DNA from: a virus
Taxonomy: Duplodnaviria; Caudoviricetes
IMG/VR virus record: IMGVR_UViG_2845838682_000001
Length of the DNA stretch: 64,000 nt
Reading direction: 5' to 3' (one strand)
Position numbers and translations under genes: made by a program. Positions 17,721 through 25,346 of the stretch are shown here, one piece after another. Within the stretch, counting starts at the first letter, position 1; each line of letters opens with the position of its first letter. The notes beneath the pieces were generated by a model. It was not told the DNA's origin. It worked only from the letters and a program-made list of their open reading frames with translations, and did no database searches.

Positions 17721-18449
17721 CTACTTCTTGGTGCGCCTGCCGGTGTCGGTCACCGCCGCCAGGATGTCCTCGCGCGATCGGCCATCGCCGGCGTCGGCGT
17801 TGGAGGAGCCGCCACGCACAGGGGCGGGCTTCTTCTCCTTGGGCTTAGGTGCCGGGCCCGGGGTCTTCTTGGTCTGATCGAGACCGAAGAGCGCGATGAC
17901 CTCGTCGGCGTCGGCTTCCAGCTCCTCGCGGCTGCTGCCCCGCAGGCGGCCGGCCTGCTCGACGCTGAGCCCTTTGGCCTTGGCGACGTCGGCGACGGTC
18001 CGCTCCCGAGCTGCCTGCTCGTGATCGGCCTTGATGCGGGCGATCTCGTCGGCCAGCTGCTGGAGGCGGTCCTCCTGAGTGGGCTCCTGGCTGGACCCGG
18101 TGTCGCCCTGCTGGCCGCCGCCGGCGGTCTGCTGAGCGGACGGTGTGCGGCTGCTGCCCGTTTCGGGCTCGCTCGACGTGCCTTTAACCGCGGCCTTGTA
18201 CTTCGCCTCCTGCGAGCGGGCGAGATTCCGGTACTTCTCGATCTCCGCGTCGCGCTTGGCGATCTCGGCCTGCCAGTAGGCGTCGCCGCCGTCATCCTGG
18301 TCATCGCCCTGGCTGGGCCCAGACCCGGTTCCGGTGTCCTCGCCAGACCCTGCCTCGCCGGTGCCGGTCTCCTCGGTCGCCGTTTCGGCTCCCTCGGTGG
18401 CCTCGGTCTCGGTGGTCTCGCTCTCGGTCTCAGTTGTCTCGTCAGCCAC
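17721..18449 (-). CDS. Capsid scaffolding protein
   Basis: GTG start. Acidic Thr/Glu/Gly-rich N-terminus, W..EI.K...E..KYR, coiled coil, L.G.S.EEL.ADA..L, basic C-terminal PKP...RGG. Confidence 0.85.
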   Translation of the reverse strand: MADETTETESETTETEATEGAETATEETGTGEAGSGEDTGTGSGPSQGDDQDDGGDAYWQAEIAKRDAEIEKYRNLARSQEAKYKAAVKGTSSEPETGSSRTPSAQQTAGGGQQGDTGSSQEPTQEDRLQQLADEIARIKADHEQAARERTVADVAKAKGLSVEQAGRLRGSSREELEADADEVIALFGLDQTKKTPGPAPKPKEKKPAPVRGGSSNADAGDGRSREDILAAVTDTGRRTKK

Positions 18450-18455
18450 GTGCGT

Positions 18456-18531
18456 CCCGTTTCGGGTCCGGCGCCCTGCCGTTTCGGAAGGGCGGTGTCT
18501 GCCTGCCGGGTCGAACACCGTTTCGGTGATC
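18456..18531 (-). repeat. Three hairpins with identical CCG-AAA-CGG apex in the scaffold 5' leader
   Basis: CCGTTTCGG (+ strand) at 18457-18465, 18479-18487 and 18518-18526, each within a longer stem carrying one mismatch. Confidence 0.85.
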
Positions 18532-18614
18532 AGCCCTCTGACAGGGATGATAGCTGAAAGACATGGATCAACCGCAACCCATACCCTGAACGCATAGATC
18601 ATCTGGGGGCCGCC

Positions 18615-19970
18615 ATGGGGATGAGTCCGAGCGAAACCGAGGAAAAGGCGAGCGAACTGTTCGAACTCCGGCAGTCGGAGCGCCGGGATCTTGACCGCAA
18701 GCGCGCCTACCTTCGGGGCGACCCTGAGCTGACGTGGCTGCCAGCCAACACCCCTCGTGAGCTGCAGGCGCTGGCGCGCATGAGCCGGGTCAACCTGTGC
18801 GAACTCGCGGTGAAGGCCACCTCGCAGCAGATGTTCGTGGACGGCTATACCTCCGAGAACAAGGCCGGCGCCAGTCAGGTGTGGCGGCAGTGGCAGTCCA
18901 ACCGGTGGGACCGCAAACAGATCGGCGTCAACCGGGCGATCGGCGGCTACGGCGTCGCCTACGGCATTGCGCTGCCCTCGGACAGCAGCGACACCGCGGT
19001 GATGCGGGCGCTGTCACCTCGGCAGATAACCGTGGCCTATGGGGACGACGACGACTGGCCCGACTATGGGCTGGAGATGCGGCCCGACAAGACGTGGCGC
19101 CTCGTGGACGAGGAGAACGTCTACAAGATGCGGCGCACCACCCGCGGCCGCCGCTCCTCCGACGGCAAACGTTCCATCACCTTCGAGTACGTGGAGGAGA
19201 CGCCGCACGAGCAAGACGTGTGCCCGGTGGTGCGCTACCTCGCCGAGGAGGACCTCGACGACCCCGTGCGCGGCGACGTCGAGGCCGTCATGCCGCTGCA
19301 GGACCAGATCAATCTGATCACCTTCCACCTTCTGGTGGCCGAGCACTACGGCGCCCACGGCCGCAAGATCTTCATCGGCCAGATGGTCGAGCAGCTGGAG
19401 GAGCAGCTGCGCGCCTCCGCGTCCTCCAGCCTGACGGTGCGCGCGAAGCCCAGCGACTTCGACGTCAAAGAGGTGTCCCAGGTCCAGCTGGACGGGTTCA
19501 TCGACTCTCGGGAGTCGGCGGTGCGTTACATGTCGGCGCTCTCCCAGACCCCCACCCACGAACTGCTGGGCAACCTCGCCAACATCAGCGCGGAGGCGCT
19601 GGTGGAGTCCAAGGAGTCCAACGCCCGCAAGGTTCGTGAACGCCAGATCATCGTGGGCGAGGGGCACGAGCAGCTGCTGGGTCAGGCCGGCCGCCTCGTG
19701 GGTGTCGAGGTCGACCCGGGGGCGCGGGTGCGGTGGAAGCCGACCCTGGACCAGCGCGCGATGCGGTTCGTGGAACTGCTGGGCACCATCGCCGGAAAGC
19801 TCGGAGTGCCCAAGAAGGCGCTATGGCACGAGCTGCCGTTCAGCGACGACACCATCAAGGAGTGGGAGGAGATGGCCGAGGAGCAGGCCGCGGCCGCGCC
19901 GCCCCCGCCGCAGCGCGAGCAGCAGGACCAGCCCGAGGGCGACCAGCGCAACAACCTGGCAGCGGTCTGA
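18615..19970 (+). CDS. Portal protein (SPP1 gp6-like), on the opposite strand to all other structural genes
   Basis: NLCELAVKATSQQMFVDGY, VWRQWQSNRWD..Q..VNRAIGGYGVAY, V.AVMPLQDQINL, LA..SQTP..LLG..NISAEAL. Confidence 0.92.
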   Translation: MGMSPSETEEKASELFELRQSERRDLDRKRAYLRGDPELTWLPANTPRELQALARMSRVNLCELAVKATSQQMFVDGYTSENKAGASQVWRQWQSNRWDRKQIGVNRAIGGYGVAYGIALPSDSSDTAVMRALSPRQITVAYGDDDDWPDYGLEMRPDKTWRLVDEENVYKMRRTTRGRRSSDGKRSITFEYVEETPHEQDVCPVVRYLAEEDLDDPVRGDVEAVMPLQDQINLITFHLLVAEHYGAHGRKIFIGQMVEQLEEQLRASASSSLTVRAKPSDFDVKEVSQVQLDGFIDSRESAVRYMSALSQTPTHELLGNLANISAEALVESKESNARKVRERQIIVGEGHEQLLGQAGRLVGVEVDPGARVRWKPTLDQRAMRFVELLGTIAGKLGVPKKALWHELPFSDDTIKEWEEMAEEQAAAAPPPPQREQQDQPEGDQRNNLAAV

Positions 19971-19972
19971 CC

Positions 19973-20692
19973 TCAACCGGGATGGACCTTGGCGGCGATA
20001 CTCCGCCGCATCCTTCGGAGCCACCCCTCCTTTTCCGGCACGGCCGGCGCATCCGGTCGGCCGGGCCGCTGCCACGCTCTGAGACTCGACCGGTCAAGGT
20101 ACGGCGGTTCCTTATCGACAGGGGGCGGGCTGTCGTGCAGCACGGATTCGACGGTTTCCCGAACATGTTCGAGCCATTGAGTGACGTCGGCGCGAACGCG
20201 CGCGAGCATATCCGGTTCGGCGTCTACCTCGTCGCCGAACTCGTCCTCGGTAGTCGGCATCGGCATCCGCGAGTACCTGTCGAGAAGGTCCTCAAGCAGT
20301 TGAAGCCGCCGACGGATCTCCGGCGTGAGGACGCGGGGCATCACGACTTCGCGGATGTGGCGGCGCTCGGCGTTGGCTTGGTCGCCTCGACCGGTCGCTA
20401 ACTGGCGGTGCTTGGTGCGGAGTTCGGGGATGCCCTCCTTGACGGACCTCAGGGAGGCCAGCAGATCCACCAGAGCATCGGCCTCGCGCTGGCTGCGTGA
20501 GGTTGCCGCCTGCGCCGTCCGCTCTGCCTCCGCCTTCTCGCGCTCAGCTTTCAGCATCCAGCGTGTCTGCCAAAAGGTCGCGGCCCAGCTGATGGCTCCG
20601 CCTATGACACCGCCGCCGAGGCCACCGCCGAGCGCGCTGAGGAAGAGGTCGGAGTCCTTGAGGGCGATGAGCCAGTCTGTGAAGGGGGACAT
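19973..20692 (-). CDS. Moron-like protein with N-terminal Gly-rich hydrophobic helix
   Basis: LFLSALGGGLGGGVIGGAISWAATFW; more A/T-ending codons than neighbours; CAGAAT -10-like hexamer 6 nt before the ATG. Confidence 0.7.
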   Translation of the reverse strand: MSPFTDWLIALKDSDLFLSALGGGLGGGVIGGAISWAATFWQTRWMLKAEREKAEAERTAQAATSRSQREADALVDLLASLRSVKEGIPELRTKHRQLATGRGDQANAERRHIREVVMPRVLTPEIRRRLQLLEDLLDRYSRMPMPTTEDEFGDEVDAEPDMLARVRADVTQWLEHVRETVESVLHDSPPPVDKEPPYLDRSSLRAWQRPGRPDAPAVPEKEGWLRRMRRSIAAKVHPG

Positions 20693-20732
20693 GGCGCCAT
20701 TCTGGCGGCTCAGGGCTGTGCTCGCTCGCGTT

Positions 20733-22283
20733 TCACATCCACGATCCGCCGACGGCGGTGACCTGGCCGCGGCCCACGGTCTCCTCCATACCGATGGTGA
20801 CGGCGTCGATCACGTCGTCGTTGACGACCTTCGGGTAGGCCAAAGCTTGGTCCTCGAACTCGGGGAGGATCCGTTCGAACGCGACTTCGGACACCTGGCA
20901 GGCCTGCAGCAGGTTCGCGAACCGCACCTCTTTGGGGGCGGAGGTGTGGGTGGTGCGGATCGGCACCGGCATGTCGTGCAGCGCCACCTCGTGCAGGTCG
21001 CCGCCCTGGTTGGTCTCGATCACTATCTCGCTGACGTAGGGGTGGGACTCCAGCAGCGCGAGGACGTAGGCGCGCATGGGCTCGCCATGGGGGATTTTGC
21101 GGCCGGTCGCGAAGTGCACCAGGCACTGGCCGCGCTTGTGCTGGTCGGTGCCGCTGGTGCGCGAGACCACGGCGAATCCGGTGTAGTCGGAGGAGTCCTT
21201 GGAGGTGACCGCGGGGTCGATCGTCATGATCGTGCGCAGCCGGGTCAGGCCCGGCTCGACGTGGATGTCCTCCTCGCGCCACCAGGTGCCGTCGATCGGG
21301 CGGGGCTGGTTCTCGTAGTTCTTCCGGTAGGACACGGTGTGCCGGATGGAGGTGAGGTAGTCCAGCGGCCACTTGTCCGGCCAGATGCTGCGTTCCCCGC
21401 CGTCCGGGGTGGCCACGATCGGCGCGTAGTAGTGCACCCGGAACCGTTCCGAGTCGATCCATTCGGGGGTGTCGTCGGTGCTGGTGACCGTTTTGACGAG
21501 CTGGTGCACGATGCTGCCGGCCATCACCACCGTGCCCACCAGCGCCACGTGCGCGCGTTCGTTCATCGGCAGCACGGTGTCGGTCAGGGTGGTCAGCCGC
21601 TTGTCCATCTGGTACGGCGAGTAGTTGGCTTCGTCGGGTTCCACGTCGTCCAGCACGATCAACGACGGGCGCCGGTTGAGGGGGTCGACGAGGCCGAGGA
21701 TGTTGGAGTCCAGCCCGCCGGCGGTGAAGGAGAATCCGGAGGCGGTGTGCAGCATCATGCGGGAGTCGGAGACGGTGCCGCCGCCGCGGCGGCGCGCGGG
21801 CCGGCACAGGGCCGGGTAGTCCTCCTGCAGCAGCGGGTTCGCGTCGAGTTGCTGGCGGAACCCGAGCACGTGTTTCTCCGCCTGGGCTCCTGACGAGGAG
21901 AACGCGGCGATGAACTGTAGGTGGCCGTGGGCGGCGGCCCAGATCGGCAGGATCTTGAACACCCACGAGGATTTCCCGCTTTCGCGTGGGGCGACGAAGG
22001 CGTGGCGCTCCTGGCGGGGGCCCGGTTTGCGTAGCCACCGGCGGCCGTGGCGCGAGAGGGCCAGGTGCAGGTCGGCGAGGGTGATGCGCCCGTCGGGGCC
22101 GCGCAGCAGGTCGCCGCAGTACAGGATCGCGAACAGCAGGGGATCCAGCCGGGTCAACAGGCGGCGGCCTTCCGGGTCGGCGAGCATCCGCTCGTCCGGC
22201 ACCGCGGATAGGACGTAATCGTGCAGGTCGAAAACGCCGGCGTGCTGCCCCGCCAGGTACGGGTCGCCCTTACGGGTGCGCAT
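20733..22283 (-). CDS. terL: Terminase large subunit
   Basis: Walker A APRESGKS, Walker B LIVLDDVE, coupling motif VGT, RNase H nuclease TIDPA..DYTG, NDDVIDA. True start taken as ATG 22283, overlapping the terS stop. Confidence 0.95.
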   Translation of the reverse strand: MRTRKGDPYLAGQHAGVFDLHDYVLSAVPDERMLADPEGRRLLTRLDPLLFAILYCGDLLRGPDGRITLADLHLALSRHGRRWLRKPGPRQERHAFVAPRESGKSSWVFKILPIWAAAHGHLQFIAAFSSSGAQAEKHVLGFRQQLDANPLLQEDYPALCRPARRRGGGTVSDSRMMLHTASGFSFTAGGLDSNILGLVDPLNRRPSLIVLDDVEPDEANYSPYQMDKRLTTLTDTVLPMNERAHVALVGTVVMAGSIVHQLVKTVTSTDDTPEWIDSERFRVHYYAPIVATPDGGERSIWPDKWPLDYLTSIRHTVSYRKNYENQPRPIDGTWWREEDIHVEPGLTRLRTIMTIDPAVTSKDSSDYTGFAVVSRTSGTDQHKRGQCLVHFATGRKIPHGEPMRAYVLALLESHPYVSEIVIETNQGGDLHEVALHDMPVPIRTTHTSAPKEVRFANLLQACQVSEVAFERILPEFEDQALAYPKVVNDDVIDAVTIGMEETVGRGQVTAVGGSWM

Positions 22284-22884
22284 GCCCGCCGCCGGCGCCG
22301 TCGTCCTCACTGTCCCCGTCCTCGTCTTCGTCGTCCAGGGCGGCGGTGAGCTGCTGCTCCTCGCGGTCCTGGTTCCGCTTCGCTTCGGCGAGGATCTCGC
22401 CCAGCGCGGAGGCGGCGCCGTCGCCGCCGGTGAGGGTGGCCTCCACCTGGATCTCCTCACCGGGTCCCAGCAGGTGGCGGCGCTGGCGCATCACCACGTC
22501 CATCATCCGGATCATGTCGGACACCGACAGCTCGCTCGGGGACATGGAGGTGAGCCGCTGCGCGATCTTGCCGATGCCCGCGGAGAGGACCTTCGCGTCG
22601 GCTTCGGCCGCTTTGCGGCGCTCTTCCAGCCACATGGCCTGGTGCAGCCGGTCGCGGTGGCGGTCGAACGCTTCGGCGCGTTCGGTCCACCGGAACTGGG
22701 CGGCGACACGGCGCAGGTAGTCGGCGCTGTTGTCGGTGCGTTCCGCGGTCTCGCGGATGGACCGGGTGCGGCCCAGGTCCCGGTAGATCGCGAACTGGCC
22801 GAACCGTTTGGGGGTCTCCTGCGGTTGGCGCTCCCAGACGTCGGTGCCGGGGTCCAGCTCGATCGGGTCGCCGTGGGTGCTCAC
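22270..22884 (-). CDS. terS: Terminase small subunit
   Basis: WERQPQETPKRFGQFAIYRDLGRTRSI..FRWTERAEAFD pattern; directly upstream of terL. Confidence 0.85.
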   Translation of the reverse strand: MSTHGDPIELDPGTDVWERQPQETPKRFGQFAIYRDLGRTRSIRETAERTDNSADYLRRVAAQFRWTERAEAFDRHRDRLHQAMWLEERRKAAEADAKVLSAGIGKIAQRLTSMSPSELSVSDMIRMMDVVMRQRRHLLGPGEEIQVEATLTGGDGAASALGEILAEAKRNQDREEQQLTAALDDEDEDGDSEDDGAGGGHAHP

Positions 22885-23801
22885 CCCGCCCCCCGCTCAA
22901 GGTAGGTCTCCGCCAAGCGGGTCAGCAGCTCCCACGGGCGGGTGTCGTCGACGTCGCCGGCCTTGGCGGCTTTGCGCAGCGCCCGGGTCAGCGTCGCGGC
23001 GTGCTCAGCGGGCAGGGTGCGGGTGCCGAAAACGGTCTCCCACCCGACGGGTTTCTTGTGGCGGGCCGCTCCGTCGTCGTCGAGATAGCCGGCCTGCAGG
23101 TCGGTGAGGTGGTTCTCGAACACGTCGAGGATCAGACCGAAGGCGGTGGCGACGTTGCCGACGTTGTGCGCCGCGTGGGCCGACGCCAGCGCGTCGAGGG
23201 TGGGTTCGTAGTCGGCCCGGGAGGTGAGCCAGGTTTCGTCGGCGCCGGTGCGCGCGTCCTCCAAAGCTCGGCGGGCGCGGTCCAGCTCGTGGGGCAGGAA
23301 CACGACCTGCACGTTCTGGAAGTCGAGGTTCGCCTCGGACAGCCCTTCGAGGGTGACGTCGTCGAGCAGCGCCAACTCCTTGTCGTCGAGGCCGGCGTAG
23401 GTCCGCCAGTCGACCTCGTCGATCTGTTCGTACAGCTGTTTGAGGGTGGCGGGGTCGTCCTCACCGGCGATGGCGTTGTGGGACAGCTGCAGCGCGATGA
23501 GCTGCGACTGAGACAGCGGCTGGTCGATCAGCATGCAGTCGATCTCGGCCAGGCCGGCATCGGCCGCGGCGTCGCAGCGGTGGTTGCCGGACAGGATCAG
23601 CTCCGCGCCCTCGGCGTACTCGCCGCCGCCGTAGATCAGCGGCACCGAGGTGAGCGCCCCGTCGCGGCGCAGGTTAGCGACCAGGCGCTGGTACTCCTCC
23701 TGCCTCATGTACCGGGCGTTGGTGCTCAGGCGGGTCAGCGCCGCCGGGGTTCGCCGCACCAGGCGCGGCGCCAGCCCGGTGGGCAGGTCGGTGTGGGTCA
23801 T
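22881..23801 (-). CDS. ParB/sulfiredoxin-like N-terminal domain protein
   Basis: NARYM..EEYQRLVANLRRDG.LTSVP..ILSGNHRC.AA; LSHNAIAGEDD; coupled to both neighbours by 4-nt overlaps. Confidence 0.85.
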   Translation of the reverse strand: MTHTDLPTGLAPRLVRRTPAALTRLSTNARYMRQEEYQRLVANLRRDGALTSVPLIYGGGEYAEGAELILSGNHRCDAAADAGLAEIDCMLIDQPLSQSQLIALQLSHNAIAGEDDPATLKQLYEQIDEVDWRTYAGLDDKELALLDDVTLEGLSEANLDFQNVQVVFLPHELDRARRALEDARTGADETWLTSRADYEPTLDALASAHAAHNVGNVATAFGLILDVFENHLTDLQAGYLDDDGAARHKKPVGWETVFGTRTLPAEHAATLTRALRKAAKAGDVDDTRPWELLTRLAETYLERGAG

Positions 23802-25141
23802 CGAGTCACCGCCTTGGTGTGCTGAGCGTGCTTGGCCTCCCACATCTCCAGCGCTTCGGCCAGGGTCCAGGAGCCCAGCGGGCCGCCGTAGTCGAGCTGC
23901 CAGGTGTGATCGGACACCTCGCACGGCTTACGGGAGCGCAGTTTGATGCCGGGGATGCCGCGGCCGTACTTGCCGCTGGTGGGGTTGTCGGTGAACGCGG
24001 TGGTGGCCCAGGAGGTGAGGCGTTTGGACAGGGACCGCTGCAGCAGAGCCTGCGCCTCGGAGCTGGTGGCGGCCATGACGATCAGCTTCGACAGCCGCTT
24101 GTACTTCGACCAGCCGATGGGGAAGTCCGACATGAGGTAGGCGCAGTCGGGATCGAACTTCGGCGGGAGGTACCCGAACGCGCCGATCAACCGGCCGGCC
24201 GCGGCGACGCCGACGGCCAGGTGCGGCATGCCGGGCGCGATCCGCCGATCCAGGCACATGCTGCGAAGACCGGCGAACTGGGCCGCCGACAACGGATGCA
24301 GCGTCAGCGGCCCCTCCACCTCCTCGTCGGCGCCGATCTTCGGCATCTTGATCGGTTCGGTCTTCTGCCGCGGCCCGGCCCACCGGGCGGCGCCGGGGCG
24401 GGCGTAGACCTCGATCGGCACCGCCCGCGGCGACAGCTGGACGTAACCCACCCGGTAGGGCTCCAGGTCAGGGTCGCGGTAGTGCAGCCCGAGCAGCCAG
24501 TGCGGCCGGTCGGTCATCCGCTGGATGATCTCGCTCTTGCCCGCCTCGTCCAACTCCGTGAACTCCGGCTCCGGCCAGTCGAAATGCTGTTCGATGCCTT
24601 TGAACATCTGCTTGTAGCCGGCGGCCCAGAAAGGCGGGAAGCTCGCGAAGGGGGCGTCGTCGGGGACGGCGTCGAGGTAGGTGCGGACGTCGCCCGCGTA
24701 GAAGCTGGAGGTCCGCAGCGTCAACGCGTGGAGCTTGGCGACGGTGGCGGCGTGCATGCGGTCCCACTGGTCGCGGTAGGCCTGCACCATCCGCCGGTGG
24801 TACGGGGTGTCGCGCCCCACGAACTCCAGGAACCGGGTACCGAGCATCAACGTGGCGAGGGTGCCGGCGCCGTGGTCGAGGGAGGGCTCCAGCCACCCCA
24901 GAGCCTCGCGGGAGTCCTCCTTGAGGGTGAAGGGCACGCGTTGGCCGGAGAGGTACCAGCCCAGCGCACACGAGTAGGGGTTGACGTCGTTGGAGTGCAC
25001 CGGCCGGGTGAGGTCGGCCAGGGTGCGTTCGATCGTCATGTTGCCGCTGCAGCCGACATAGACGGGCTGGTCGGTGGGCCAGGCGCGGGCGTGCTCGTGC
25101 ACGATCTGTCTCAAGGGCTGCGGAATGGTCCCCTGGAACAC
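23798..25141 (-). CDS. Putative DNA-modification enzyme: degenerate adenine-MTase-like domain plus probable GNAT/Mom-like C-terminal domain
   Basis: GTG start with GGGAGG RBS. MFQGTI..YVGCSGNMTIER..HSNDV..YSCALG resembles, from memory, proteins annotated 'putative antirestriction adenine methyltransferase'. Motif IV reads FPPF. C-terminal GRLIGAFGY..AYLMSDF..KRLSKLIV..TTAF..GKYG. Confidence 0.7.
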   Translation of the reverse strand: MFQGTIPQPLRQIVHEHARAWPTDQPVYVGCSGNMTIERTLADLTRPVHSNDVNPYSCALGWYLSGQRVPFTLKEDSREALGWLEPSLDHGAGTLATLMLGTRFLEFVGRDTPYHRRMVQAYRDQWDRMHAATVAKLHALTLRTSSFYAGDVRTYLDAVPDDAPFASFPPFWAAGYKQMFKGIEQHFDWPEPEFTELDEAGKSEIIQRMTDRPHWLLGLHYRDPDLEPYRVGYVQLSPRAVPIEVYARPGAARWAGPRQKTEPIKMPKIGADEEVEGPLTLHPLSAAQFAGLRSMCLDRRIAPGMPHLAVGVAAAGRLIGAFGYLPPKFDPDCAYLMSDFPIGWSKYKRLSKLIVMAATSSEAQALLQRSLSKRLTSWATTAFTDNPTSGKYGRGIPGIKLRSRKPCEVSDHTWQLDYGGPLGSWTLAEALEMWEAKHAQHTKAVTR

Positions 25142-25158
25142 CGGCGCCCTCCCGTGGT

Positions 25159-25232
25159 TGGAGCGCTGGCCAGGAGTCGAACCTGGTCCTCCCACCAGGG
25201 TGGTGGGTGTGCGGCCGTTGCACCTCCAGCGC
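25159..25232 (-). tRNA. tRNA-Gly(CCC)-like gene with non-canonical core; encoded CCA
   Basis: GCGCTGG AG GTGC AACGGCC GCAC A CCCAC CACCCTG GTGGG AGGA CCAGG TTCGACT CCTGG CCAGCGC T CCA (74 nt). All four stems are perfectly Watson-Crick paired; G1-C72, C2-G71, G3-C70, U73, anticodon CCC. Confidence 0.9.
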
Positions 25233-25247
25233 GGGTATCCGCCCCTG

Positions 25248-25291
25248 ATCATAACCGGAACGTATGGAACGGTTCCGAACGATGTCGTTCA
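25248..25291 (-). promoter_or_regulatory. Probable promoter for the tRNA/modification operon: TATGAT -10 without consensus -35, GAAC/GTTC repeats upstream
   Basis: TATGAT at 25253-25248, 15 nt upstream of the tRNA 5' end; repeated CGTTC in the -35 region. Confidence 0.5.
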
Positions 25292-25346
25292 CGCATGGTA
25301 GGGCCCGCACCCGTCCCCCGGGTGAACGGGCGGGTGCGGGCCGTGT

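Noticed and set aside
8496-18557. Long plus-strand ORFs (e.g. 8496-11618, 11691-13016, 16272-18557; also 6271-8286)
   Set aside because: Antisense shadows of high-GC3 genes; no RBS or recognisable motifs
18531-20718. CAGCCCT / AGGGCTG inverted repeat as invertase sites around the portal
   Set aside because: Only 7 bp in GC-rich DNA, expected by chance; no invertase gene recognised
25159-25232. tRNA-Gly as an attachment-site remnant or decayed host tRNA
   Set aside because: Full-length, internal to the prophage, no integrase nearby, and all stems fully paired despite divergence
20733-25252. ORF-track extended starts (terL 22460, ParB 23924, MTase/GNAT 25252)
   Set aside because: Extensions overlap other genes or the tRNA; RBS and overlap evidence favour 22283, 23801 and 25141
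25276-25291. LexA/SOS box (also CGAAC-AT-GTTCG at 20160-20171)
   Set aside because: The actinobacterial box needs a 4-nt spacer; these have 6 and 2, and the second lies inside a coding region
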